The notes below the pieces were generated by a model. The model was given only the letters and a program-made list of their open reading frames with translations. It had not been told where the DNA came from and made no database searches. Made by a program: the position numbers and the translations under genes. DNA of 64,000 nucleotides from Octopus sinensis. Taxonomy: Eukaryota. Numbering within the stretch: the stretch's first letter is position 1; each line of letters begins with the position of its first letter. Shown piece after piece: positions 50,464 through 62,779 of this stretch. The stretch lies in assembly GCF_006345805.1 (NCBI RefSeq), contig NC_043014.1:47368001-47432000 (forward strand), written 5' to 3'.

Positions 50464-50873
50464 TATACTCCTCCTCAGCTGTCTATCTGGGGATCCTCAT
50501 AGTTTTGTCACCTTAGAACAGTACTGCTAGCCCTAATGGTGTCAACAATTATCGGGTGTAGTTGTTAGAGATTGGTACAGATGAGATGAGATGAAACAAA
50601 AAAAGATGGAAAGTTACAGTTAAGCCTTAGCAACTTGCACAATGAAAATTAAAATATTAGTCTTTTATACTCCTCCTCAGCTGTCAATCTGGGGATCCTC
50701 ATAGTTTTGTCACCTTAGAACAGTGTTGCTAGCCCTAATGGTGTCAACAATTATCGGGTATAGTTGTTGGAGATTGGTACAGATGAGATGAGATGAAACA
50801 AAAAGAGATGGAAAGTTACAGTTAAGCCTTACTTAGCAACTTGCACAATGAAAATTAAAATATTAGTCTTTTA
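50464..50873. repeat. Tandem duplication of ~202 bp
   Basis: TATACTCCTCCTCAG...ATATTAGTCTTTTA twice, few differences, 4-bp indel in the second copy. Confidence 0.9.
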
Positions 50874-51079
50874 CAATGAAAATAAAATAATATAAAAAGC
50901 TACACAGAACAGTGGGATACATGCGCAATTGTTCGTCCTTGAAGAAATGGGTGGAACACCAGAGAGAGATGGAGAACTGAAGTGAGACAGAATGCTGACA
51001 AGCCAGAGTGTAGGAGGTTGCATGATGAGAATGGAAGAAGATAAAATAGAAAGGAGAGAGGCAGAAGAGTAGAGAGAAA

Positions 51080-52240
51080 TAGAGAGAAAAAAAATAAGGT
51101 CATGATAATTTAAACAAGATCTTGATATGTAGGGAAACATGACCATGTGCATATCTAACTCACTCCTGTTCCCAGCATGCAACTTCTTTACTTTGGTTTT
51201 TCAGCTTTCTTTGTCACTTCACCTCTCTCGGAGAACAGGCCAATTTTGCCATCTTTCTGCCACATGTAATCTCTGCCAGCAGTAAATTTTGCCACATGGT
51301 CATGAGGTTTCTGATGAAGAAGTAGGAGACATCTGTATAAGTTTGTGTCTCGTGAGTTTAAAAGTTGCATCGCAGTGCTGCGATATTTCTGTCACATCAA
51401 ACAGATGAACAAAAAGAGAAATGAAAGACAATCAGTCGGGAGTTTGATCGGTGAGATGTTTATGGAAACTTCCTAGTAAATGTCATAACAGGTACAGAAC
51501 CATGGGTGTATGGCTACAATGTTTGAAACAAAACAGCAGTCATTGTAATATATTGTATCATTGTCAGATTTGTTCACAGATGATGATTTCACAGATCACA
51601 CTTACACAATATAATTGTCGTCTAAGGGGGCAAGCTGGCAGAAACATAAGCACACCGGGCGAAATGCTTAGCAGTATTTCGTCTGCCGTTACGTTCTGAG
51701 TTCAAATTCTGCCGAGGTCGACTTTGCCTTTCATCCTTTCCTGGTCGATAAATTAAGAACCAGATACGCACTGGGGTTGATGTAATTGGCTTAATCCCTT
51801 TGTCTGTCCTTGTTTGTCCACTCTATGTTTAGCCCCTTGTGGGTAGTAAAAAAAAAAGGTATTTCGCCTGTCCTTATGTTCTGATTTTAAATTCTGCCAA
51901 GGTCGACTTTGCCTTTCATCCTTTTGGGGTCAATAAATTAAGTACCAGTTGCATACTGGGGTCGTTCTAATCGACTGGCTCCTCCCCAAACAATTTCAGG
52001 CCTTGTGCCTGGAGTAGAAAAAAAATATAATTGTCATCTGTTGTCATGGAAGATTGTCCAGATTTGAGAATATCTTCAGTGAATGTTTCTGATATGAGAC
52101 ACTCCACAGTTCAAACAATCTTCCCCATTGGCCTGTTGCAACATTACAACAGTCTCCCTAAACGTTTTTCCTAATTTCAGTCTGTATTTCACTTCAATAT
52201 GTTGCTCTGCCTTGTTCAACTTGTGACATAGGGCTAAATG
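51080..52240 (-). mobile_element. Degenerate mariner-like transposase remnant split by family B SINEs
   Basis: EQHIEVKYRLKLGKTFRETVVMLQQANGEDCL (~52130-52225) resembles the mariner N-terminal HTH; weaker LLLHQKPHDHVAK resemblance to the catalytic region. Confidence 0.55.
51625..52025 (+). mobile_element. SINE family B, two tandem copies
   Basis: Family B cores. Confidence 0.85.
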
Positions 52241-52829
52241 TATTAAACTTAGGTTTGATCCATCATGTTTTCAACTGATGCCGTATAATGTCGTTATTAT
52301 CAAACTAAAGATTGTCACAGCACTGCAATCGTAAGCATGCTGTACCAAGTAATTGATGTATTTCAAAAAGATTTTTTTTTTTTTGGTATCAGACAGATCC
52401 CATATCATCAGTTTAGCCTTGTTATTCCATGTTTACATGTGTTAGGCAGACCCTCTCCAATACGGCATCCTGCCATTTGTTTCATTACTTTGTTACCTCC
52501 CTTGTGAGGTTCAGCTTCCCAAGATCAGCTTTCATCACTTCTACCCCTGTCTTCCTTGATCTTCCTTTTCCTTTGTCCTCACCACTCGAATCTCCTACCA
52601 CTTCTTCATCCATCCATCCATCCATACGTGCTGTTTCTTTTGCTCTCTACAACTGATTCCTCTTGTATTCAGTTTCTCTCTCAGCTCATTACGTACAGTT
52701 CATGTGCGTAACACATCCAATAACTCATGCTTGTCTTGTTTGTTTTCAACCTTCACACACCCTTTGCATGCAGTGCTCGTGTCCTACCACCATGCAACAT
52801 CACAGTTCATACACAAGCATCATACCTTT

Positions 52830-53052
52830 TTCTTTATTACCCACAGGGGGCTAAACACAGAGGGGACAAACAAGGACAGACATAGGTATTAATTCGATTA
52901 CATCGACCCCAGTGCGTAACTGGTACTTAATTTACCGACCCCCGAAAGGCAAAGTCGACCTCGGCGGAATTTGAACTCACAACGTAACGCAGACGAAATA
53001 CCGCTAAGCATTTCGCCCAGCGTGCTAACGTTTCTGCCAGCTTGCCGCCTTA
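52830..53052 (-). mobile_element. SINE family B, young copy
   Basis: Reverse-complement family B, close to 7460-7690. Confidence 0.85.
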
Positions 53053-53871
53053 CACAAGCATCGTACCATCTACCCTTCAGTCAGAGTGACAAATCCCTTG
53101 CCAGTAGATGTATATACCTCTCTGAACATTTTCCTACTCACTCCTTACCCTGACTACTAAATTTTTTGAACACCTTTTCCACAGCTAATTAGGTCCCCCA
53201 GGTAACAGAAGCTATTGACTACTTCTGTAACATTTACTAAACATTGCCGAGAATTTATTTTGTGTTAATAAACTCTCTCAAGGCTGACTACCCCAGTTCA
53301 TCTACCCGTGTACATCTGCCCCAGTACATTTACCCCCGTACGGCTATCACAGGCAAACTCTTTATTCGCCGTCAGCCTTGTGCACTTTAGTCTTATGCAC
53401 CCATACGTCACATTATCTATACACACATGTACACAAGCATATCCTATAATATTTGTTTTATAAGCTTATTGTCACAGCTGTGAATAGTCCTGATTATTGT
53501 TAACAATACACCGAATGCTGGTCTCAGATATGACCAGCCACAATGTGTTATATTTAACATTGGTATGGTGTCTGTGTGTGTGTGTTTGTTTATTGTCAAT
53601 AGAATTAGTTATTAATGTCCCAATATGTATTGCTCTCTCCCCACCCACTCTGACTGTCATTTTCAGAATCTGCCCACTTCTCTTCACTTTTGTGAAATTT
53701 GTAAAGAATTTTTTATTTTTATTTTTCATTATTCTCTTTGAGCGAATTGTATAGACATATGAATTAGTGGGAGGAAGAAACATACACAGGAATCTGTCTA
53801 GCTGTGTGTGTGGGTGTGTTTTAAGTGAAACATTAATATCCGATAACTCTCCTCTAGAAAAGTAATAACAA

Positions 53872-53980
<109 letters not shown>

Positions 53981-53985
53981 TGGAA

Positions 53986-54183
53986 GACCATGTGTGTACC
54001 GTTGGCGATTTTTTTCCTCTGTCTTCCCTTCTCTGGATCTTTCCTTCTCCTATGTTTCCGACGAAGAGCTCCGCTTGAAACATTAAACCCTCCTTCTTCC
54101 TTCTTTCCTGAGCGTCCAATAATACTTATTTGTTCCACGTCCTCGCGTTGTTGTGTTTTTTGTGTTTTCTTGTTTGGATTAAC

Positions 54184-54184
<1 letters not shown>
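53986..54184 (+). mobile_element. Family H element, copy 5
   Basis: GTTTCCGACGAAGAGCTCCGCTTGAAACATTAAAC at 54054-54088. Confidence 0.75.
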
Positions 54185-54214
<30 letters not shown>

Positions 54215-54380
54215 TAACGGTGGTGCATCAGCATGGCCACAGCTCTGAGCTGAAACTACAGAAAGTGCAAACAAGGGAGACAGAGAAAGGCAGAATGCCA
54301 CTTATATTTGAACACTATACAAATATTCCTTTAAAAAAACTTTTCTTTTAATTTTTCTAAATTTAATTATTTAATCGTTA

Positions 54381-54418
54381 CAGTTGAAAAGGTCTCAAAA
54401 TGACCGAAACCGGTACTG
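54381..54418 (+). ncRNA. Minimal type I hammerhead-like ribozyme, U3-A8 variant, palindromic stem III
   Basis: CAG TTGAAAA GGTC TCAAAAT GACC GAA ACCGGT A CTG; predicted GUA cleavage after 54415. Confidence 0.7.
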
Positions 54419-54466
54419 AAATGTTCTTTATAAAATTATTTTAGCATTTTCTATTTTGACTTGTTT

Positions 54467-54502
<36 letters not shown>

Positions 54503-55899
54503 ACCTGTGCATATATAGGTATGGTTGTAATATGTGTGTGTTTGTGCCTCTTTGTCTAGACATCATGCAATAGTTGTAAATGAACATCACTGTTATACAA
54601 GTGGTGTCATTTGTTTCCACTCTTCTCTGAAATTGTGTCTAGCTATGGGAAAATATAACCTTGTGAGGTTGGTGACAAGAAAGGTATCTGTTTGCAGGAA
54701 ATCAACCTCACTGAATTCTGTCTGATCCATGGAAACGTGGCCACTAAAGTGACGATGCAGATTATCTCTATCCATACATAGTTTTAAAGAGACAACCAGT
54801 GAGTTGCTGACAAAGGTCTTACTGAGTGAGACACCGTCAGCTTTTTTATGATTTTAGAAATGATGTTTGTCCAATGCAGGCCATTATAGACAATAATGCC
54901 TAAGTCACGTTTATCAACTGACTTCTTAAAGTTAGTGTTGTGGAAAGAGTAGGTAGGTTCTGAGTTTTCATCCCCAAATATATAATTGTGCACTTATCTG
55001 CAGCCAGCATAAGTTGCCAATCAGCAATCCATTGCTGTATTGTGTCCAAGTGAGATTGCAGGAAAGATCTATAACATATAAAAAATTCATTCTTTTCATC
55101 TCAAAGTACAGCTTAATGTTGTCTGCTTATTTTAAACACGGTTGGCACCAAGTTGGTATCTATTTTGTTAATATGTGCAACAACAAAAAAAAAAGAGTAG
55201 GAGACCGAGAATAGGTCCTTCTGGGATTTCAGATGGTTATGAGAGTCCCAAAAGTTCCTAAGTGTCTCTCTGACACAGGACTCAATCAATTTGGTGATAC
55301 AGCTAGTAAGACAGACTGGATGGTAACTGACAGGTGGTGTGCTATTACTCTTTTAAACCCTTTCATAACTGTATTTATTTTGAGATGCTCTGTTTTTTTC
55401 AATTACTTTAAATATAACAAAGAATTTAGTAAAAAGCTAGTAATAGCACACCACCTGAATAATTTTCTACTGTTCTGCAATAATACATTTATTGAGGCAG
55501 AATTGGAAGAGGAGTAAAATCTGGCACATTAGAAAGAGGCTATTGTATTTAAGTGTATTTAAGAAGCAGATGAATAGCATCATCGAGACCAGAAGCAGCA
55601 TAGTTTTTGTATACACTTAAGGTGGCATCACAGCATTCCAGAAGCAAATTCAACAGATGTTATGGAAGTTAGTATCAGTAGCAGCGAAGATGATACATTT
55701 GGAGTTCCAACAGTAAAAAATGCCAGCATGGTATTTGGCAATAAGTTCTGTGCACTCTATGGAATCATCAGTAATCTAATTTGTGTGAGGATTGTAGAGA
55801 GAGCCAACTGGATGGTGAGTTCTCTATTTCAAATATATTTCCAGAACACTTTAATAGACATGTTGGTTGCTATGCATTGTTTGAATTTAAGTACGGAAT

Positions 55900-56282
55900 T
55901 TTCAGTCATTTGACTGCGGCCATGCTGGAGCACCGCCTTTAATCGAGCAACTCGACCCCGGGACTTATTCTTTTGTAAGCCCAGTACTTATTCTATCGGT
56001 CTCTTTTGCCGAACCGCTAAGTAACGGGGACATAAACACACCAGCATCGGTTGTCAAGCAATGCTAGGGGGACAAACACACACACAAACACACACACGCA
56101 TATATATATATATATATATGATGGGCTTCTTTCAGTTTCCGTCTACCAAATCCTCTCACAAGGCTTTGGTCGGCCCGAGGCTATAGTAGAAGACACTTGC
56201 CCAAGATGCCACGCAGTGGGACTGAACCCGGAACCATGTGGTTGGTTAGCAAGCCACTTACCACACAGCCACTCCTGCGCCT
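55900..56282 (-). mobile_element. SINE family A nested in CR1
   Basis: Near full-length match. Confidence 0.85.
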
Positions 56283-56503
56283 ATGGTTGGATATTTTCTG
56301 CGCAATATGGTTGGATATTTTCTTCTTTATCCTCTCTTCTATGTAATCTGTATTCATGTAAGCATCTCATTATTTTCCCTGGCAAATTGAACTACTGCAG
56401 TCTCCTGAATTGTACTTTTGAGATTTCTAATGTGTTTATGTGGTATTTATGCTTCACATGTGGCTCACATTGAATCAGGGTTGTACTGAAGGACACTATT
56501 GAT

Positions 56504-56895
56504 GTCTCTTTTACTTGTTTCAGTCATTTGATTGTGGCCATGCTGGAACACCACCTTTAGTCGAGCAAATCGACCCCAGGACTTATTATTTGTAAGCCTA
56601 GTACTTATTCTATCGGTCTCATTTGCTGAACCGCTAAGTTACGGGGACGTAAACACACCACCATCGGTTGTCAAGCGATGTTGGAGGGACAAACACAGAC
56701 ACACACACACATATATATACATATAAACATATATACGACGGGCTTCTTTCAGTTTCCGTCTACGAAATATACTCACAAGGCTTTGGTCAGCCCGAGGCTA
56801 TAGTAGAAGACACTTGCCCAAAATGCCATGCAGTGGGACTGAACCCAGAACCATGTGGTTGGTTAGCTACTTACCACACAGCCACTCCTGCGCCT
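56504..56895 (-). mobile_element. SINE family A flanked by 94-bp direct repeats
   Basis: Repeats at 56417-56510 and 56896-56989. Confidence 0.85.
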
Positions 56896-57819
56896 TTCGA
56901 GATTTCTAATGAGTTTATGTGGTATTTATGCTTCACATGTGGCTCAAATTGAACCAGGGTTGTACTGAAGGACACTACTGACATCTCTTGAATTGTAAAT
57001 TCAAGTCAGTTTGGGTGATGTAATTCATTACAATCGGAGTCTCAGTCAGCTTTGTTCTGATTAAAACAAGTAGTTTGGAGGTGATGGTCACTTTTATTTC
57101 TGCAAAATAGAGATAGATTGGCAATGATCGTAGCATAATCAGAATCATCTAAAGGTTCCTTGGTAGTGAGGTTAATAACAATTTCAGGAGCAACGGTGAA
57201 CAAAAGATCCAAAGTGTTGTTACTTCTTGTTGGTGGAGTAACTATTTGGGACTAGTTTGAATCCAGTACTACATCAGGGAAATTATTTGCACTTTGTGGC
57301 CACTGAAAGGATTTACAATCAATTTCTGGATAATCAAAATCACCAGTATTGAAAACGTAGGTAGTGGTTTTCCTCGATGCATCTCTGAAGATGTCAAAAA
57401 GCTGGTTTTAGGGAATGGTAAAACAATGCTAAGTAAAAGCGTTGACATATTTATATGTATGTTGCTGTAAAATACCTCTTGTTGGGACTGGTTCAAATCA
57501 CCACAAGGAATTCCTCAAAAGCCTGAGTGAACATAGGCCATCACACAACTCTACAGTGAATAAAGTGACCTTTGTGAAAGAAATTGTGGCCAGCCATGCT
57601 AAAAACTCCATCGCAGAATAAAGAATGTTCCCAGGATAAACAGTTATGGAATTAGTCAGTACTCTTAACATAAGAATCAAAAAAGTGATCCTTGTTGTAT
57701 AAACTTTGGATATTTAAAACTAATTTGTTCTTGAGTTGAAGCTTGTCATGACTCAGAGAGATCCTTCACAATTCATGTAGATTCAGTGGCTGGTATCCTG
57801 GTTTCCTTGGCATATATAT

Positions 57820-58000
57820 TTTGCCCCACTGGATGGGATCTCAGTCCATCGCAGGTCTGTTTTGTCAGCTGAGTGGACTGGAGCAACATGAAACGAAATG
57901 TTCTGCCCAAGAACACAACGCATTGCCCAGTCCAGGAATCACAGACACAATTTTGTAATCATGAGGCCGACACCCTAACCACTAAGCCGCACATCTCCAC
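57820..58000 (-). mobile_element. tRNA-derived SINE family E
   Basis: Minus strand GTGGAGATGTGCGGCTTAGTGGTTAGGGTG...TTCTTGGGCAG. Confidence 0.6.
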
Positions 58001-58473
58001 ATGATTCATGGAGGATGGTGTATTGTTTTCTTTTAGTTTCCCCAAGGCTTTTGCATCGTTGCTCGTTGCTGGTTTGATTCTTCAGAGCAGCTTGTGTCTT
58101 TTTTTTTTTATCCTTATCTCATCAGGCTTGACAAATTTCCAGGTCTGTTGATCATTTGTAACCGGTTCCAATGACAATGTTGTGTCCAGTGGAATGGTAG
58201 TATCTCATGGACATTTCTGAACAGCTGCTATTGAAATGAGTGATATCTTCCACATTGGTGCTGCACATTCAATGAGAGAGATGGGACTGCTTCTAGACAA
58301 CATGGTCTAGAAGCGTTCTTTGTCTCTCTAATCAATCAGGTACTTAGTAGGTGTTTCATGTTCCTAAGAAGCAAAACTGTAGCCTTTGAGATGAGAAAAT
58401 GATGTATCTATCACAGATCCTGGAGAGGCTACAATTCTTGTCAGTGTTGACAGATGTATATGTGTGTATGTAT

Positions 58474-59135
58474 ACTCTTTTACTCTTTTACTTGTTTCAG
58501 TCATTTGACTGCAGCCATGCTGGAGCACCACCTTTAACCGAGCAACTCAATCCCGGGACTTATTCTTTTGTAAGCCCAGTACTTATTCTGTCGGTCTCTT
58601 TTGCTGAACCGCTAACTAACAGGGACATAAACACACCAGCATCGGTTGTCAAGCAATGCTAGGGGGACAAACACAAATGCACACATGCATATATATATAT
58701 ATATATATACATATATACGACGGGCTTCTTTCAGTTTCCGTCTACCAAATCCACTCACAAGGCTTTGGTCGGCCCAAAGCTATAGTAGAAGACACTTGCC
58801 CAAGATGCCACGCAGTGGGACTGAACCCGGAACCATGTGGTTGGTAAACAAGCTACTTACCACACAGCCGCTATATATATCTTTTTTACTTGTTTCAGTT
58901 AGTAGGCTGTGGCCAAGCTGGGGCACAGTTTTGAAGGGTCTAATTGAACAAATCAAAAAAACACCAACACACATATATGTATAGTATGTATAATATGCAT
59001 ATAAGAGAACTCTTTCAATTTCCACCTACCAAATCCACTCCCAAGGCTCTTGTCAGTTTGGGGTTATTATAGAAGATACTTACCCAGGTACCACACAGTG
59101 GGACTGAACCCAAGATCGCATGATTGGGAAGCTTT
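58474..59135 (-). mobile_element. Two consecutive SINE family A copies (second diverged)
   Basis: 58474-58870 and about 58880-59135. Confidence 0.8.
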
Positions 59136-59463
59136 TCCTGGTCTTTTGAATTTCTCACCAATGGAGTTAGAACCTAGCTAGCCCAGAAGCAAATCACTTT
59201 CACTGGAAATTTCACATTGACAGAGTAGTGGTGTCTGTGCATGCATGCATGTATGTATGTATGTATGTCTGCATATAATCAAGCACACGTGTGTATATAC
59301 ACCCTTATTACATACCAAACTTCTATGTTTTATATATTCTCATAGCATCTTTAATAGGTTGTGACTGGGATTTCCTGATTAACTGTGTTCTTTCTGGCTT
59401 GTGTGTGTGTGTGTGTATCTATACATCTCATTGTGTATGTATGTATTCCAAGATGCATATGAA

Positions 59464-59514
<51 letters not shown>

Positions 59515-59519
<5 letters not shown>

Positions 59520-59585
59520 GATATATGCAGATATATCTATGTAGATATATGCAGATATATCTATGTAGATATATGTAGATATATA
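59515..59585. repeat. 24-bp unit repeat arising in a (TA)n tract
   Basis: GTAGATATATGCAGATATATCTAT repeated. Confidence 0.8.
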
Positions 59586-60489
59586 TATGTATGTATGTAT
59601 ATGTATGTATATATATATATATGTATGTATATGTATGTATGTATATATATGTGTGTGTGTGTGTGTACATTTGTATATTTGTATATTCATGTACATGTGT
59701 TTGTAGTTGAATCTGTGTATGTTATGTGTATGCATGAAGGTGTTTATGTGTGTGTGTATGTATGTTAGTATAAATATGTGTGTGTGTGTGTGTGTGTTCC
59801 ATTTTTAATGTCTGAAATAGTTTTGTTTCAGACATTTAAATACACCAAGAAAGAAAGAAAGAAGAAAAAAAAATGTCATTTATTCTTCCTTTCTCTCTTC
59901 TCTTCCAGTCCCTTTCTCCTCCTCTCTTTCTTTCTCTCTGTCTGTCCGTCTGTCTCTCTCTCTCTCTCTCTCCAACTATTTTATGCCATCGTTATATAAC
60001 ACAACATAATTAACAGCAGATTGACACTTCAACATTAATGACATCACCTACATAGGAGCGCTGCTGCTTCTGCTGCTGTTGCTGCTGCTGCAAGAATACA
60101 AATATGATAAGTAAAATATATTTCAGGTTTTATGTTGTAGAATCAACATTTACTGGAATATTGCAGTCACCACCACCAACCACCACCACCACAACCACCT
60201 ACAACACTGCCACAAATAATAACACTACACAGCCACCAACCGACACAAACTACAACTCCAAACCCAACACCACCACCAATAACACCATCTCTGCCCACAC
60301 CCCATGGCCACAGTGGGGGATGAGAAAGGAGGTGGGAGGAGAAACTATTCTGACTTTTGACCAATGAAATCCGTTGTTTTCTTTAGATCTCCTGTTTGTT
60401 TAGAATTAACTTGCTGCTAGACAGGCATGAAGGCTATAAATTCTTTCTCAGCCCTTCTTATAGTTACCACCGCCAAATTCTCCACTAAG

Positions 60490-61030
60490 AAAATAATAAT
60501 GATAATAATAAGATCTTAACTGATTGGAAGTGTTATCATATACATTGTTTTGTCTTGGTATAAAAGATGGGCTACAGCAAATATTCTGCTCAATACCACA
60601 GAATTGCTTGTCAGTTGTTTGACCTTAACTAGTTGAGCATGTCCCTTAGTGGCTGACGATATGTGCATCTCTGATCACGAGCAGAAGTAGTGGGGGAGCA
60701 TCATAGCCATGTGTTGAGAGGGATTCTTTGGGGTTTGAATAATTCACCTCTGGAAACATGGGTGGTTCTTTCAACATCCTTAAACAACCCTTATTCAAGG
60801 ACCTTTTGAGCGGGATGGGCTACTCAACCTGAAGAAAATTCTAACTGGGCCCCACCTGCAAGGTCATGTGCTGTTTATCTTGATATGAGATCACCATGTC
60901 GCGCACATATGGTTGTGATGCATGTGCCTAGTGTACCCTTATCAGACGGGTAGTCATGATGGGTATATTGGGCTTCGTATATTTTACCCCAGTGTCACTT
61001 TGATGGCATGAACTGCTCTCTCACTCAATA
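60490..61030. mobile_element. Unclassified ~540-bp dispersed repeat bounded by (AAT)n
   Basis: Partial second copy at about 31356-31510. Confidence 0.55.
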
Positions 61031-61044
61031 ATAATAATAATAAT

Positions 61045-61545
61045 AGTAAGTTAAGTTAATTTTTTGGCTCAAAAAGCAAAAGCAAGGCCATGTAGGGGGA
61101 CATGGAGTTATGTACAGGGAGGGTGTTCATGCAAAGAGTTCAGGCCATTTCTGGTCAAGAGAGACTTTGAACCGAGCGGTCGTCGGCATCTTCACTATCT
61201 CGTCCGGCAGCTTATTCCACGGATCTGCAACCTGGACGGAGAAAGCTCCTCTCCTTCGATTGAGATGAAATCGTCGCAGGTAGAGCTTTTCGGAATGACC
61301 CCGCAGCCGACGCTCTGGAGGAGCAGGAGTGAAGAACAGCTCTTTCGAAAGGTTACACTTTCCGCTTATGATGTTGTGAGCGAGAATGAGATCACCACGG
61401 CGGCGGCGTTGTTCTAGAGAATAAAGGTCGAGCGTCTTCAGACCAAGAACCATGTGGATAGCCAGCTTCTGGACTATTTCGAGATGATGTATGTCTTTGA
61501 GGAGATAAGGAGAAGAGGCTTGAATCCCGTACTCCAATATGGGTA
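61045..61545 (-). mobile_element. CR1/L2-type LINE 3' end with (TTAAC)n tail
   Basis: ILEYGIQASSPYLLKDIHHLEIVQK...LEQRRRRGDLI...PWNKLP...WPELFA*. Confidence 0.9.
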
Positions 61546-61574
61546 GTAGTAGTAATAATAATAATAATAATAAC

Positions 61575-62020
61575 AGTTTCAAATTTTGCCACAGGGGCAG
61601 CAATTTTGGGGGAGGGGATAAGTCGATTACCCCCCCCCCCCCGTGCTCAACTGCCACTTATTTTATTGACCTTGAAGGATGAAAGGCAAAGCTGACCTCG
61701 GCGGAATTTGAACTCAGAATGTAAAAGACAAATGAAATACTGCTAAGCATTTTGGCCAGCATGCTAACGATTCTTTGCTACTCTAGGCACAGGGCCCTAA
61801 ATTTTGGGGTAGGGGGACCAGTCGATTAGATCAACCCCAGTATGCAACTGGTACTTAATTTATCAACCATGAAAGGATGAAAGGCAAAGTCGACCTTGGC
61901 AGAATTTGAACTCGGGATGTAAAAGACAGATGAAATATCGCTAAGCATTTTGCCCAGCATGCTAACGATTCTTTGCTACTCTAGACACAAGGCCCTAAAT
62001 TTTGGGGGAGGGGGCCAGTC
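61575..62020 (-). mobile_element. SINE family B, two tandem copies plus start of a third
   Basis: Junction GCTAACGATTCTTTGCTACTCTAG repeated at about 61762 and 61960. Confidence 0.85.
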
Positions 62021-62779
62021 AGATAGTGGATAGTTTGTTCCATTCTTTGCACAACTCTGTACATGAAAGAAAGTGTTTCTGAAAGTCATGGATGTTGTGA
62101 TGCTTTTTTGATTTTATAAGCATATCCATAAGTTGTAGAGATTTTGAATTTAAAGGTAGTCAAAGTTGTGGGAAAGATGGTGGATAATTTTGTGGCTTCT
62201 ACCATATCAATTGCTAAATATTGAAGCTTTAGTGTATAGATGCTTAGAGAAGCAATATGTTCAAGATATGCAATCCCCTGTCAGTCACTTACCATATCTC
62301 TGGACAGCTTCCAGCAGATTGGTATTCTGGGCAAGATGGAAGTTCAGCCAGCTGTATATATATATATATATATATATATATCTTTAAAAAGCTGGTGAGC
62401 AGCCGGCGAAGGTATAATTCTCTAGAATTATTATTTTGATTCCAAAATTGTTTATGGAATTGTTGGAAGAGAGACACTTCCTCCAAGGAGAGGAAGTAGA
62501 CCTGTTACAGATAAACTTTCCTGCAACAACAATTGAACTTAACACTACATCATGGTCACTCGTGTTGCTGTGAAGTGGACTGGACTACAGGCTGACAGAC
62601 TATGTCCTCAGTGATACTTATGATTAGGTAGACTTATTCTTCAAACTAAATCTCATTATAAAAAGATCCTGACATCTCTTCAACATCTTTTATTTTTCTC
62701 AACTAGGGAAACCACGTAATGATAGAGCTAATAACAATGGTAATGATAGCAGATTTAATAGTAATCATGATAGCAGAGC

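Larger units (their letters stand above)
54790..58400 (-). mobile_element. Old CR1-type LINE body (possible ORF1 tail, APE endonuclease, RT) fragmented by nested SINEs
   Basis: Collinear minus-strand motifs GDFDYPEID and PTRSNNTLDLLFT (57.1-57.4 kb), SGLDDAIHLLLK (55.6 kb), YHPVCLTSCITKLIES (55.3 kb), LQSHLDTIQQWIADWQL..DKC and KRDLGIIV (54.9-55.1 kb); extension beyond 57.7 kb is tentative. Confidence 0.75.

Noticed and set aside
51223-51388. Minus-strand exon KYRSTAMQLL...GLFSER with a strong acceptor
   Set aside because: Weak donor; it lies downstream of a mariner HTH remnant on the same strand and resembles a decayed transposase segment. Not fully excluded.
62391-62415. Hammerhead-like CTGGTGA GC...GC GAAGG
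   Set aside because: A6 and A15.1 are altered and there is no stem I or III; at most a decayed relic.
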